From an uncultured Chloroflexia bacterium (GTDB taxonomy: Bacteria; Chloroflexota; Dehalococcoidia; GIF9; AB-539-J10), in contig CAVYNS010000003.1 in the NCBI GenBank assembly GCA_963769975.1, positions 32,551 through 96,550 of the forward strand: 64,000 bases of DNA, read 5' to 3'. Under the pieces are notes generated by a model. It did not search any database, was not told where the DNA came from, and saw only the letters and a list, made by a program, of their open reading frames with translations. This document shows, in pieces, positions 1-9,921 of the stretch (within the stretch, counting starts at the first letter, position 1; the number at the start of each line of letters is the position of its first letter). Position numbers and translations under genes: made by a program.

Positions 1-1076
1 TAATCAATTTTGGTATTGGTGACCCTGATTTACCCACTCCATCTCATATCATCGAGCGTATATGCCAGACAGCACGTGACCCTGTAAACCATCGTTATCC
101 GGAAACCGGAGGCTTGCCCGAACTCCGTCAAGCCATTGTCGAGTGGTATGAGAAGCGCTTTGGGGTTACCTTGAATCCGGCTAAAGAGGTTCTGCCGCTC
201 ATTGGCTCCAAGGAAGGGGTTGGGCATATGGCTTTATGCTTTATCGAGCCTGGTGACCTGACTCTGGTTCCTGACCCAGGCTATCCGCCATTTTCTCTGG
301 GCACCATATTAGCTGGTGGCGAACCTTACTTTATGCCTTTGAAAGAGGAAAACGATTTTTTACCCGATTTTAAAGCTATTCCAGACGAGGTCGCCGATAA
401 GGCAAAGCTTATGTGGCTTAACTACCCCAACAATCCCACCGGAGCCGTAGCTGGCCTTGATTTCTTTGAAAGGGCTGTTCATTTCGCGCAGCAGCACGAC
501 TTAGTAATCTGTCATGACGCTCCTTATACCGAAGTTGCCTTTGATGGCTACAAGCCACCGAGCTTCATGCAGACGCCCGGGGCAAAGAAAATAGGTGTGG
601 AATTTCATTCTCTGTCCAAAACTTATCACATGACAGGATGGAGGATAGGCATGGTGGTAGGAAATGCCGACATGGTGGACGCCTTGTTTAAGATTAAATC
701 CAACCTGGATTCTGGAGTTCCCCAGGCAATTCAATATGCTGCTGTGGAAGCTCTGCGTGGCTCTCAGGAACACATCGCCAAGCATAACGCTATTTTTCAA
801 CGGCGCCGAGATAAACTGGTAAAAGTTCTTAATGAGGTAGGCCTAAAGGCGAGGACACCTAAGGCAACCTTTTATATCTGGGCTAAGATTCCCCAGGGAT
901 ATACAACTATAGATTTTACCAAGAAATTGCTGGATGAAGTCGGGATAGCGGTAACTCCGGGAACTGGCTATGGAAAAGAGGGAGAGGGTTACATCAGGTT
1001 TTCCCTGACCATTTCCGATGACCGTCTGGAAGAAGGTGTGAATCGCTTACTGACTTGGCACAGGAGGAGGAGATAA
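1..1076 (+). CDS. Fold-type I PLP-dependent aminotransferase (LL-diaminopimelate/aspartate aminotransferase-like), 5' end cut by the window edge
   Basis: The frame of ORF 114..1076 stays open back to base 3 (INFGIGDPDLPTPSHII...). Motifs NYPNNPTG and SLSKTYHMTGWRIG (PLP-lysine region) are present. Confidence 0.85.
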   Translation, partial: INFGIGDPDLPTPSHIIERICQTARDPVNHRYPETGGLPELRQAIVEWYEKRFGVTLNPAKEVLPLIGSKEGVGHMALCFIEPGDLTLVPDPGYPPFSLGTILAGGEPYFMPLKEENDFLPDFKAIPDEVADKAKLMWLNYPNNPTGAVAGLDFFERAVHFAQQHDLVICHDAPYTEVAFDGYKPPSFMQTPGAKKIGVEFHSLSKTYHMTGWRIGMVVGNADMVDALFKIKSNLDSGVPQAIQYAAVEALRGSQEHIAKHNAIFQRRRDKLVKVLNEVGLKARTPKATFYIWAKIPQGYTTIDFTKKLLDEVGIAVTPGTGYGKEGEGYIRFSLTISDDRLEEGVNRLLTWHRRRR

Positions 1077-2218
1077 AGCAGAAATTCTTTACTACTGAAT
1101 CCAAGGTAGAACAAGCACTCTTGGTGGGCGTAGGAAGCAAGGTCTCTAACCATGATTGGTCAGTTACAGATTCCTTAGAAGAGCTATCCCATCTGACGAA
1201 AACAGCCGGCGCCAATGTAGTGGGTGTGTTAACTCAAAAACTGGACGCACCTTCGCCTACCTATTATATAGGTAAGGGTAAAATTGAGGAGCTAATCAGC
1301 CTCAAAGAGCAAACCCAGTACGATACGGTAATCTTTGATGACGAGCTATCGCCGCGGCAGCAAAGAAATCTCGAAGAGGCATTGGGAGTTAAAGTTATTG
1401 ACCGCACCGCTCTGATTTTACAGATATTTGCCCGCAAAGCTCGAACTCATGAAGGAAAACTGCAGGTTGAGCTGGCTCAGCACCAATATCTTTTGCCTAG
1501 GCTCATCGGGCAGTGGAGCCATTTAGAGCGGCTTGGTGGTGGCATCGGCACCAGGGGTCCCGGAGAGTCACAACTGGAAACTGATCGCCGCCTTATCCAT
1601 AAGCGCATCAATCTCCTTCAACATAAAATAGAAAGTGTCAGGAAGCAGCGAGCACTTTACAGGAGGCGCCGTAAGGAGACTGGCACGCCCATTGTAGCTC
1701 TCGTGGGTTATACTAACGCCGGTAAGAGCACTTTGTTTAATACCTTAAGCAAAGCCAGCGTGGCAGTGGAGAATAAACTATTTTCTACTTTGGATCCTGT
1801 GACTCGGCGACTGGCTCTGCCCAATGGGCAGCGATTCCTCATCACCGATACCGTTGGCTTTATTCATAAACTTCCGCCTTCTATTATTGCCGCCTTCCAC
1901 GCCACTTTAGAGGAACTGGATGAGGCGGATTTACTTCTACATATAGTTGACATAACACACAAGAATGCTGCTAATCAGTGTCTCACGGTAGAAAAAATAC
2001 TCCGCGAGCTGAATCTGGGAAACAAGCCAAGAATCACCGTGTTCAACAAGCTAGACTTAGCTCTAAGCAGCGAGGCGGAGCTAAAAGCATTGACTACTAT
2101 TCCTTACTTCGAGGAAGAAATCGTGTTGCCGAATGAAAGCATTGCTCTCATCTCGGCTGCCAAAGGATGGGGGATGGACGAGCTTCTAAATAAGATAGCT
2201 GGTCATCTCTGGGGATAA
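1055..2218 (+). CDS. hflX: GTPase HflX
   Basis: HflX N-domain motif QVELAQHQYLLPRL..GTRGPGESQLETDRR. P-loop GYTNAGKST, plus DTVGF and NKLD. TTG start overlaps the upstream stop. Confidence 0.9.
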   Translation: MAQEEEIKQKFFTTESKVEQALLVGVGSKVSNHDWSVTDSLEELSHLTKTAGANVVGVLTQKLDAPSPTYYIGKGKIEELISLKEQTQYDTVIFDDELSPRQQRNLEEALGVKVIDRTALILQIFARKARTHEGKLQVELAQHQYLLPRLIGQWSHLERLGGGIGTRGPGESQLETDRRLIHKRINLLQHKIESVRKQRALYRRRRKETGTPIVALVGYTNAGKSTLFNTLSKASVAVENKLFSTLDPVTRRLALPNGQRFLITDTVGFIHKLPPSIIAAFHATLEELDEADLLLHIVDITHKNAANQCLTVEKILRELNLGNKPRITVFNKLDLALSSEAELKALTTIPYFEEEIVLPNESIALISAAKGWGMDELLNKIAGHLWG

Positions 2219-2241
2219 AGTAGACGCGTCAATTATTATAA

Positions 2242-2952
2242 CTAATCTCTTTCGCCAAATATCTTAGTGCCAATCCTGATTATATTAGCGCCTTCCTCCA
2301 GGGCAACCTTGTAAGAATTAGTCATGCCCATAGAAAGATACTTCATCTCGACATTAGGCAACCCCAGTTCCTTAATTTTTTCAAATCTTCCCCTTGTCTC
2401 GGCAAAATAGGGTCTGAAATCTTCAGGGTTGCCAAAACGAGGCCCCATAGTCATAAGCCCCATCACCTTGATGTTTTTAAGACCGGATATTTCTCTTACT
2501 AATCTTTCCACATCTTCCGGGAGCACCCCTGATTTTTGTGATTCTCTGCCACTGTTCACCTCAATCAATATAGGCATGATTTTGCCAATTTGAGCGCACT
2601 TTCTATCGATTTCCGTGGCTATTTCCAGAGAATCAACACTTTCTATCATGTCGAATATTTCCAGTGTTGTTTTTCTGACACTATGCTTTCGTAGGGTTCC
2701 AATAAAATGCCATTTTGCTCTCTTTCCCACCAGTTCATATGCCTCTTTGGCTTCCTTGACATAATTTTCTCCAATGATTTTTATACCTGCATGAACAGCC
2801 TCCAGGACTTCATCTGGCGTCCTTGTTTTTGCCGCTGCCACCACCTCGACTCCATCCGGGAGTGTAGCTAATAATTTGGCAATATTTTGCTTAATTAGCT
2901 CGCTGGCCACGTTATGATTGTAATTCATTGGGCTTGCCAGCTTCAAGGACAA
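2242..2952 (-). CDS. yggS: YggS/PROSC-family PLP-binding (PLP homeostasis) protein
   Basis: Alanine-racemase N-terminal-like barrel: VEVVAAAKTR (PLP Lys), GENYVKEA, HFIGTLRK, LSMGMTNSY, IRIGTKIFG. An alternative ATG start lies at 2928. Confidence 0.85.
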   Translation of the reverse strand: MSLKLASPMNYNHNVASELIKQNIAKLLATLPDGVEVVAAAKTRTPDEVLEAVHAGIKIIGENYVKEAKEAYELVGKRAKWHFIGTLRKHSVRKTTLEIFDMIESVDSLEIATEIDRKCAQIGKIMPILIEVNSGRESQKSGVLPEDVERLVREISGLKNIKVMGLMTMGPRFGNPEDFRPYFAETRGRFEKIKELGLPNVEMKYLSMGMTNSYKVALEEGANIIRIGTKIFGERD

Positions 2953-3215
2953 GGAGTGCTGCAGATATGGAAAATGTTCTTGCCTTTAACCAAAATTGGG
3001 ATGCCTGAGAGAAGTCAGGGGGCAATTGATTATTGAGAGGACAAGAAGCAAAGGGCTCACAATTATACCTCCATCTCGTTGTGGCTATTGAGGACAGGGG
3101 TTGCCACGCCCCGACAAGTCGGGACTCGCAATGACTCAGGAGAGGGCAGGGTAACACAAAGTGAAAGACTCAAAATGACAAATGGGGTTATTAAACAGTC
3201 CCGGGTAAATAGGGG

Positions 3216-3244
3216 TTGACAAAAAGTGAGCTTGTAGGCATAAT
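3216..3244 (+). promoter_or_regulatory. Sigma70-like promoter upstream of the Xer recombinase gene
   Basis: TTGACA (3216-3221), 17-nt spacer, CATAAT (3239-3244). It lies about 55 nt upstream of the GGAGG RBS and the ATG at 3301. Confidence 0.5.
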
Positions 3245-3300
3245 TTGATTGAGTATAATATTTCTTACACTCAGTTGAAATCTGTGAGGAGGTAAAGTCG

Positions 3301-4239
3301 ATGCTGCCACATGTTGATGACTTCTTATTAAATTTACAAGCCAACAAATACTCTTCCGAGACAATTTACAACTATGAACGGGATTTAAATGTTTTCAACA
3401 ATTTCCTGGATGAAAGCAACATTGAGTTTGGTAAGGTTGATAAGCGTGCTATCACCTACTACAAAGCATATTTAGTTTCGCGGGATCGCAAGACATCGAA
3501 ACTGGGAAAACGAGGTGAAAAACAGCTTGATTCCCGCTCTATAAACCGCATGCTGTCGGCGCTGAGAGCTTACCTGCGCTACTTAATTGACATTGATTAT
3601 CCTTGTCCCGTGCCGCCTGAAGCGGTCAAATTAACCAAGGCTGGGAAAAAACATCCCCAGGTGGCTGAGCTTAGGGATTTAATCAGACTGATTGAAGCGC
3701 CGAGTTCGTTAGAGTCAAATGTCAAAACGGCTTTAAGAAACCGCGTCATGCTGGAAGTGCTATTTGCCACTGGCATGCGCATCTCTGAGCTGTGCAATCT
3801 AAATCGTAGTCAAATCGATGATACCGGGCGGATTTTCATTACCGGCAAGGGTAGAAAGCAACGCTTTGTTTACTTAACTCCACGGGCTAAACAGCACCTG
3901 GATGCATATTTAGTGACTCGCCAGGATGATTGCCCTGCCCTTTTTATCCCTTATGCTGGCAGAAATGTCGCTAAATCAAGGAAGAGGATTTCCACTAATT
4001 ACCTTCAGGATAGAATTAAGAGATACCGAGAGAAATTAAGGATAAACGTCCCCACTTCAGCGCATTCCCTGAGACATGGTTTTGCTACTTATCTGGCTGA
4101 GGAAGGTGCTAATCCGGCAGCTCTTCAAATTCTTCTGGGCCATGAATCCCTGGATACCACCACTCGCTATGTTCATGCCTCCGATAAGTATGCTGAAGAG
4201 ACTCACCGCAAATACCATCCCCTGGCTAAGCCAGATTAA
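3301..4239 (+). CDS. Tyrosine site-specific recombinase, XerC/XerD family
   Basis: N-terminal SAM-like core-binding domain. Catalytic motifs ATGMRISEL, HSLRHGFATYL, LLGHESLDTTTRYVH. Confidence 0.9.
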   Translation: MLPHVDDFLLNLQANKYSSETIYNYERDLNVFNNFLDESNIEFGKVDKRAITYYKAYLVSRDRKTSKLGKRGEKQLDSRSINRMLSALRAYLRYLIDIDYPCPVPPEAVKLTKAGKKHPQVAELRDLIRLIEAPSSLESNVKTALRNRVMLEVLFATGMRISELCNLNRSQIDDTGRIFITGKGRKQRFVYLTPRAKQHLDAYLVTRQDDCPALFIPYAGRNVAKSRKRISTNYLQDRIKRYREKLRINVPTSAHSLRHGFATYLAEEGANPAALQILLGHESLDTTTRYVHASDKYAEETHRKYHPLAKPD

Positions 4240-4262
4240 AATAAGGCTCTGTTAACATTATG

Positions 4263-5954
4263 TCAACTAACTTCAGAGGAAAGTCTGGCCTTTTCCAAGA
4301 AATACCCTACCCTATCTCTAACTGATTTATTAAGTAGGCCTTCCTTATAGGCTAGTGCATGGAAAAAAAACTGTATATGTTGCGGCACTTGCCAGAGTTT
4401 CTTCGCGGTGTAGCGGTAGCCATACCTGGCGGAACTGCCCATTTTTTCGCTGGTAATTTCCTCACTCTTGTAGCCAATATCTTTCACCAGGACACTGTCA
4501 AAGCTATTCCTTCTGGCTATATCATCTAATACACCATGGATACAGGTGCCGTGCTGTATAGCAAGCTTTTCTCTATTGGCATATTTCTTGGAGATACCCA
4601 TTTTTATAGCTAGTTGACGATGTGGATGTTTGCCCAGGCGATCTTCTTCAGAGGTCACTTTCAATTCAGGTGCCACGCTCATAGCTACATTTACCACTTC
4701 AGTATCTAAATAAGGGAAGAGCAGTTCAACACCATGCACCATGGCTATCTTATTTTCTCTATCCAGGGTCTCTATATCTGCCCTGGTGAAATCGTCCCAC
4801 ATTTTGCGGCAAAGTTCCTGACGACCATCTTTGCCTAAAACCTTGGGATACCAGTTGTACCCCCCCCATAGTTCATCAGGCCCCTGTCCAGAGAAAATCA
4901 CCCTGGTTCCATCCTGGCTAGCCATGTCTATTGCAGCATAGAGGCCGATGCCAGTTTCTACCTGCACGAAATCGCTATCCTCAATTGCTTCGATAACCTT
5001 GGGAATATACTCCTCAACCCTATCGATGTTTAATGTTTTCGTCTTATGCTTGATACCAAGTTTTCTGGCAAATGCCCGAGCAAAGTTCACATCCGGCGAA
5101 TCAGGTAAACCAGCGGTATATGCAATTAGCTCCATTCCTAAACTGGAAGCAGCATCGTGTATTAGTTTGGCTATCAGACAGCTATCCACGCCACCCGATA
5201 ACAGCACACCTACTTTACGTACATGGTTCATTGCGGCTAATCTTTTGCGCATTGCTGAGTGGAGCGCCTGTTCATATTTGTCCACAGCTTGAGCCATGCT
5301 CTTTATCTCGGTTTCCTTTTTGTGGAAAGGTAAAGCCTTCTTTACGCTAACTTTTTCATGATCAAAAACAGCGAGCATGCCAGCCCTGAGAGGTCTGACT
5401 TCACCTAAGCCTATCTTCCACAGGGGTTTCTTGTTAGAAGCGAAAGCGGAGAAGTCATTATTTTCGGCGAAGTAAAGCGGTTTTGTACCTAAAGAATTTC
5501 GTGATATTACTATTTGGTTGGTATCGCTGACTGCCAGAGCATAATCGCCATCCAGGCTAGTTAGTGCTTTCCTGACCTTTTGTTCCAGGGTGCCGGGAAG
5601 TTCTGCCAGCAAATGGACTAAGGACTCGACAGCTGTTTCATTTACCCTGTGTCGGACTTGAGAAAGCTTAGGTCCCGTGTTTTTGGAATTATACAGATAG
5701 CCATCGTATATTAAGGCTAGCTTGTCTTGATAATATGTATAAACATGTTCTGGAGGCGTTCCTTCAATAGGGAGAGATACTTTTACAAGGATATTGCCAT
5801 TAGTATCATCGAGTATGGTGCTTATGCAGTGGGGATAAGCAACAGTCGAGGGTTCATTGACCAGACAGCCGGTTTCCATCATGATGGCCAGTTTTTTCCT
5901 TAGCTCGCCTTGACTCATATTGACCTTGCTGAAGATACCACCTATCCAAGTCAT
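4263..5954 (-). CDS. Asparagine synthase (AsnB)-like amidotransferase with a non-canonical N-terminus
   Basis: PP-loop LLSGGVDS and an AsnB C-domain (FSGQGPDELWGGY). The N-terminus reads MTWIGGIF instead of MCGI. The ATG at 5954 has a GGAGGT RBS 6 nt upstream. Confidence 0.8.
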   Translation of the reverse strand: MTWIGGIFSKVNMSQGELRKKLAIMMETGCLVNEPSTVAYPHCISTILDDTNGNILVKVSLPIEGTPPEHVYTYYQDKLALIYDGYLYNSKNTGPKLSQVRHRVNETAVESLVHLLAELPGTLEQKVRKALTSLDGDYALAVSDTNQIVISRNSLGTKPLYFAENNDFSAFASNKKPLWKIGLGEVRPLRAGMLAVFDHEKVSVKKALPFHKKETEIKSMAQAVDKYEQALHSAMRKRLAAMNHVRKVGVLLSGGVDSCLIAKLIHDAASSLGMELIAYTAGLPDSPDVNFARAFARKLGIKHKTKTLNIDRVEEYIPKVIEAIEDSDFVQVETGIGLYAAIDMASQDGTRVIFSGQGPDELWGGYNWYPKVLGKDGRQELCRKMWDDFTRADIETLDRENKIAMVHGVELLFPYLDTEVVNVAMSVAPELKVTSEEDRLGKHPHRQLAIKMGISKKYANREKLAIQHGTCIHGVLDDIARRNSFDSVLVKDIGYKSEEITSEKMGSSARYGYRYTAKKLWQVPQHIQFFFHALAYKEGLLNKSVRDRVGYFLEKARLSSEVS

Positions 5955-5968
5955 AAAGTGACCTCCAA

Positions 5969-7081
5969 TTATGACATTATTCTGCCCACGTATCTGGCAA
6001 TGGCAAGGGAGGCAGTGAGCCCCGGGGATTCTATCCCGATTAGATTTATTAAGCCCGGAAAGCCAAGTTTCTCTTCATGGGCAATAACGAAATCCCGGAA
6101 AGCTTCGTCTGGCCCCTGAAGCTTAGGCCTTATGCCAGCGGATTCTGGGGCTAAATCTTCAAGTTCCACAAGGGGAAGGAATCTCTTGGCCGAATTGTAG
6201 AAAGCTTGCTTATGCGTTTCATCAACCGCATAATCTATCGCTTCAACATAGTGGGCGCTGGGGCCAAGTAGTACTCTGCCATCGAGCGCCTGTCTCCAAT
6301 GGATTCCATGTCCAACTTGCTCTGGAGTGGGGTAGATGAGCCTGCTTATAAGATTTCTATATTTAGAGTCCAGACTGAAGTATTCGCCTTTGCAATAATG
6401 AAGCTTGTAACCTGCTTTAGCTATATCTATCCCGACAAGCTGGGCTATTTGGTCAGAGTTTAAGCCGGCGCAGTTCACGACAACATGGGCAACAAAAGCA
6501 GAAATTCCATCCCGGTCCTTTATTTGAACTTTGTATGTTGCCCCTGCCCGTTCTATTCCTATCACCTCAGTGCCGAAGACAAACTCAGCTCCTTTTTCCT
6601 TTGCTTGGTTGTAAAGAAACTTCAGTAAAGTGTGGGAATCCAAGATTCCACTGGAAGGGGATAGTAGCCCGGCTCTAGCCTCAATGTTTGGCTCGAGTTT
6701 CTTCACTTCTGTCCGGGAAAGGAGCATTAAATCATCAACGCCATTTTTTCTTCCCTGCTCGTAAAGTTTCTCAAGCTGGGTAGTCTCATTTTTGCTTGCC
6801 GCCACGATAATCTTGCCAGACTTCTTGTAGGCGATATTATGCTTGTCGCAAAGCTTGTAAAGCAGGCTTTTGCCTTCTACACAAAGCTTAGCCTTAAGAG
6901 AGTCCTCAGGATAGTAGATGCCAGCGTGAATTACTTCACTGTTTCTGCTACTGGTCTCGAGCCCAAAAGTGTGGTTCTTTTCAAAGACAAAAACCTCTTT
7001 TTTCCCTTGCGCGATTTCACGAGCCGTAGCCAAGCCGATCACTCCAGCACCAATGATTGCTATATCGATTTCGGCAAGCAT
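5969..7081 (-). CDS. FAD-dependent oxidoreductase, L-2-hydroxyglutarate oxidase/dehydrogenase (LhgO)-like
   Basis: N-terminal dinucleotide fold IAIIGAGVIGLATAREIA. SSRNSEVIHAGIYY motif and DAO-family length (370 aa). Confidence 0.75.
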   Translation of the reverse strand: MLAEIDIAIIGAGVIGLATAREIAQGKKEVFVFEKNHTFGLETSSRNSEVIHAGIYYPEDSLKAKLCVEGKSLLYKLCDKHNIAYKKSGKIIVAASKNETTQLEKLYEQGRKNGVDDLMLLSRTEVKKLEPNIEARAGLLSPSSGILDSHTLLKFLYNQAKEKGAEFVFGTEVIGIERAGATYKVQIKDRDGISAFVAHVVVNCAGLNSDQIAQLVGIDIAKAGYKLHYCKGEYFSLDSKYRNLISRLIYPTPEQVGHGIHWRQALDGRVLLGPSAHYVEAIDYAVDETHKQAFYNSAKRFLPLVELEDLAPESAGIRPKLQGPDEAFRDFVIAHEEKLGFPGLINLIGIESPGLTASLAIARYVGRIMS

Positions 7082-7349
7082 TTATCCTATCGGCTCCTAA
7101 GAATGCTGGAATAGCTAAATAGATGCCCTATTATCCTGCGAGTCTAATATCTTAGTCAAGAACCCCACCTAATTATCGGTCTACTGTAAGAAGAATAGGG
7201 GTGCGCTTTTGTCGTGGCTGCGCCTCCCAATGTCTTGTAGCCACATGTTGGTCGGAGGCGTCTAACAGTAGTATAGAGATGATTAGTACCAGAGCTTCAC
7301 CCTTGGTTTAGACACTCTTTTCAAAAGGCTTTGACAATTCCTGCCCAGC

Positions 7350-7559
7350 TTACAATCTCCCGGCGAGCCAGAACCGGCTCTTCGTTCTCATAACGTGATC
7401 CCGGCTCCAGGTCATACACATCACACGGCAAAGCCCACATCCATGACACTTGTCTGATTCAACATCGATCCGGTCCTCTGCTGACACGAGTGCACCTGAA
7501 GGACATGTCGGCACACAGAAGGGCTCGGCGCAGTGCTTCACACAAACCGTTTTAAGCAT
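7350..7559 (-). CDS. Small 4Fe-4S ferredoxin-domain protein
   Basis: Cys motifs CAEPFCVPTCP and CHGCGLCRVMC. It lies 12 nt downstream of the GltB-like gene on the same strand. Confidence 0.7.
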   Translation of the reverse strand: MLKTVCVKHCAEPFCVPTCPSGALVSAEDRIDVESDKCHGCGLCRVMCMTWSRDHVMRTKSRFWLAGRL

Positions 7560-7571
7560 CTTCCCTCCTTT

Positions 7572-9137
7572 TTATCCCAGAATCTTGTCTACTTGTTCAG
7601 CATCAGTTTCCATTATGTATAGGATACCAGAAACATCGGTAGCTTCCCGCGTGAGAGACATTATGTCGTTCCTGTCTACATATTTAAGGGCAAATTTGCG
7701 CTCCCCAGCCATAAGTTGCCTTAAGCCAGTAGCTAACCGGTCGTAGTAGGTATAGACGCCTATTGCCGCTGGTGGTATCCTGTCGAAATCCTTCCCGTAT
7801 TTCTCTTTAAGCTGTTCCGCGGCAGTAAAAGTACGCAACAACATCTCCTGATATTTTTCGCCCCGACCGTAAGTCTCTTCCATAAGCCGTCCATGCGTCT
7901 TCCCCACCATGGCTGAGGTAAGGGTAGAGCGCCCCATGCAGACTGCTTTTACATAAGGGGCTCCCAATGCTATAGCCTTGAATACTTGGTCTTCGAGAGC
8001 AATCCCGCCAGCAATGGCGCAACTCGGAACGAATTCCCCTTTCTCATCCAGCCGTTTAAGGAATTTATAGAGAAGGCTTTCCAGATAAACTGTGGGGATG
8101 CCCCACTCATTCATCATCCGCCACGGACTCATTCCAGTGCCACCGCCGGCACCATCCACGGTGAGGAGGTCTATTCTGGCCTCCGAGGCAAATTTCACGG
8201 CCCGAGCTAAATCCACCGGTCTATAGGCTCCGGTCTTAAGGGTGACATACTTGGCACCTACCTTCCTTAGCCTTGCCACTTCTTTCAGAAATAATTCCTC
8301 ATTTACCATTCCCAGACGAGAATGGCGTTCAAACTCCTCTATCCCGCCTAATTTATGGGCTTCTTGGACGTAGGGATTCTCAGGGTCAGGGATAACAATG
8401 TATCCCCTTCGTTTAAGCTGGAGTGCTCTTTCTAAGGTCGGCAGCTTAACCTCGCCCCCGATGTCTTTGGCTCCTTGTCCCCACTTTATCTCAATGCCTT
8501 CGACGCCGAGCTTTTCTAGGGCATACTCAGGAACACCAAGGCGAGTATCTTCGACATTTGCCTGGACCAGTAGCGTTCCGTAACCTTGATACCAGTCTTG
8601 ATATACTTTTACCCTTCTTGCCAGTTCTGGAGACCTCATGATCTTGCCGTTTTTGAACTCGGCATCGGGGTCCATGCCACAAACATTTTCCCCACAGACG
8701 AGGACCGCACCACATATAGCTATGGCGATAGCTGTGCCCTCCCAATTCACCCTGGCTATTTCTGTGGAACCCAGCGCCCCTGTGAAGAAAGGAACTTTCA
8801 TCTTAATCTTCTGTCTCTTGGCACCAATTTCAGTAGATAGGTCAACGGCGGTAAAGACAGCTTTATCCGGGTCGGCTTCGATGCCCACAGCCCCAACGCA
8901 AGTCCCCTGAATGTTGAAATGAGAGAAATCCACAGGGTAATCTTTTTCTGAGCCGGCAATGACCTTGCCAAAGGGCTGAGGATATATAATCTCCCTTCCC
9001 CTGAGCGCCGACCGTCCTACTTCGCAATAGCCAGGGCAACCATCAACGCAAGTAACGCACAGTCCTGAAATAGGTGCCGGTGCTACCCTAGTTGTGGTTA
9101 CCGTGGCTGCACTGGAGTTTGGCTTGCTTAAAGTCAT
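7572..9137 (-). CDS. FMN-binding glutamate synthase family protein (GltB synthase-domain paralogue 1)
   Basis: N-terminal Cys cluster CVTCVDGCPGYCEVG. GltS FMN-domain motifs LTVDGAGGGTGMSP and IAGGIALEDQVFKAIALGA. Confidence 0.85.
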   Translation of the reverse strand: MTLSKPNSSAATVTTTRVAPAPISGLCVTCVDGCPGYCEVGRSALRGREIIYPQPFGKVIAGSEKDYPVDFSHFNIQGTCVGAVGIEADPDKAVFTAVDLSTEIGAKRQKIKMKVPFFTGALGSTEIARVNWEGTAIAIAICGAVLVCGENVCGMDPDAEFKNGKIMRSPELARRVKVYQDWYQGYGTLLVQANVEDTRLGVPEYALEKLGVEGIEIKWGQGAKDIGGEVKLPTLERALQLKRRGYIVIPDPENPYVQEAHKLGGIEEFERHSRLGMVNEELFLKEVARLRKVGAKYVTLKTGAYRPVDLARAVKFASEARIDLLTVDGAGGGTGMSPWRMMNEWGIPTVYLESLLYKFLKRLDEKGEFVPSCAIAGGIALEDQVFKAIALGAPYVKAVCMGRSTLTSAMVGKTHGRLMEETYGRGEKYQEMLLRTFTAAEQLKEKYGKDFDRIPPAAIGVYTYYDRLATGLRQLMAGERKFALKYVDRNDIMSLTREATDVSGILYIMETDAEQVDKILG

Positions 9138-9149
9138 CTGTTACCTCCT

Positions 9150-9920
9150 TCACATTTTTACTGGTATTCCCTTTTCTTTCAGGTACCTTTTTGCCTCAGG
9201 TATAGATATTTCGCCAAAGTGGAAGATAGAGGCAGCCAAAACTGCTGAGGCCTTGCCAATTGTCACCGCTTCATAAAGATGCTCCAGTTTTCCTGCCCCG
9301 CCGGAGGCAGTGACTGGAATTTTGACGGCTTCAGCCACGGCTTTAGTCATCTCCAGGTCATATCCTTTCTTAGTGCCATCGGCATCTTTGCTGGTCAAGA
9401 GAATCTCACCAGCCCCCAGTTTCTCCACCTTCTTTGCCCATTCAACAATATCTATCCCTGTGGATTCGCTACCACTTTTGACTACCACTTCTAATCGAGG
9501 CAGGCTACTTCCAGGTGGATTTTTTCGCCCATCAATGGCAACAACAAGCTTCTGCTTACCAAATTTTCTCGAAGCCTCTTTTATAAGCTCAGGATTTCTT
9601 ACAGCCGCGGTATTGACTGAGACTTTATCTACGCCAAGGGCGAATAAGGCTTTCATATCCTCGGTATCCCTAATCCCGCCACCTACGGCAAAGGGGATGG
9701 TAACCTTTTTCGCTACCTTTTTGACCCATTCCAGCCTTGTTCCTCTGCTCTCCACAGTAGCGAAGATATCAAGGAAGACAAGCTCATCTGCCCCCTCTTG
9801 ACAATACGCCTGCGCCGCTTCCACAGGGTCACGTGCGTCCCGCAGGTTGATGAACCTCACTCCCTTTACCACCCTCCCTTCTTTCACATCCAGACAGGGT
9901 ATAATTCTTATCTCTTGCAT
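9150..9920 (-). CDS. hisF: Imidazole glycerol phosphate synthase cyclase subunit HisF, paralogue 1
   Basis: IIPCLDV (Asp11), VVAIDGRK (Asp130), LTSKDADGTKKGYD, ASGGAG, AASIFHFGE. One nt separates the upstream nrpR stop from this ATG. Confidence 0.85.
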   Translation of the reverse strand: MQEIRIIPCLDVKEGRVVKGVRFINLRDARDPVEAAQAYCQEGADELVFLDIFATVESRGTRLEWVKKVAKKVTIPFAVGGGIRDTEDMKALFALGVDKVSVNTAAVRNPELIKEASRKFGKQKLVVAIDGRKNPPGSSLPRLEVVVKSGSESTGIDIVEWAKKVEKLGAGEILLTSKDADGTKKGYDLEMTKAVAEAVKIPVTASGGAGKLEHLYEAVTIGKASAVLAASIFHFGEISIPEAKRYLKEKGIPVKM

Positions 9921-9921
9921 G

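Noticed and set aside
9310-9801. Long antisense ORFs inside both hisF copies (9310-9801, 20505-21017), and similar ones opposite pdxT (11339-11881), glnB/glnA (26317-26886), rplL (33638-34114), sucD (40664-41227), the carboxyltransferase (43821-44291) and the ferredoxin (24282-24812)
   Set aside because: Each lies entirely within a gene that has strong family motifs on the other strand. Their translations are low-complexity (Ser/Pro/Thr/Ala-rich) with no recognisable domains or RBS. These are typical shadow ORFs.
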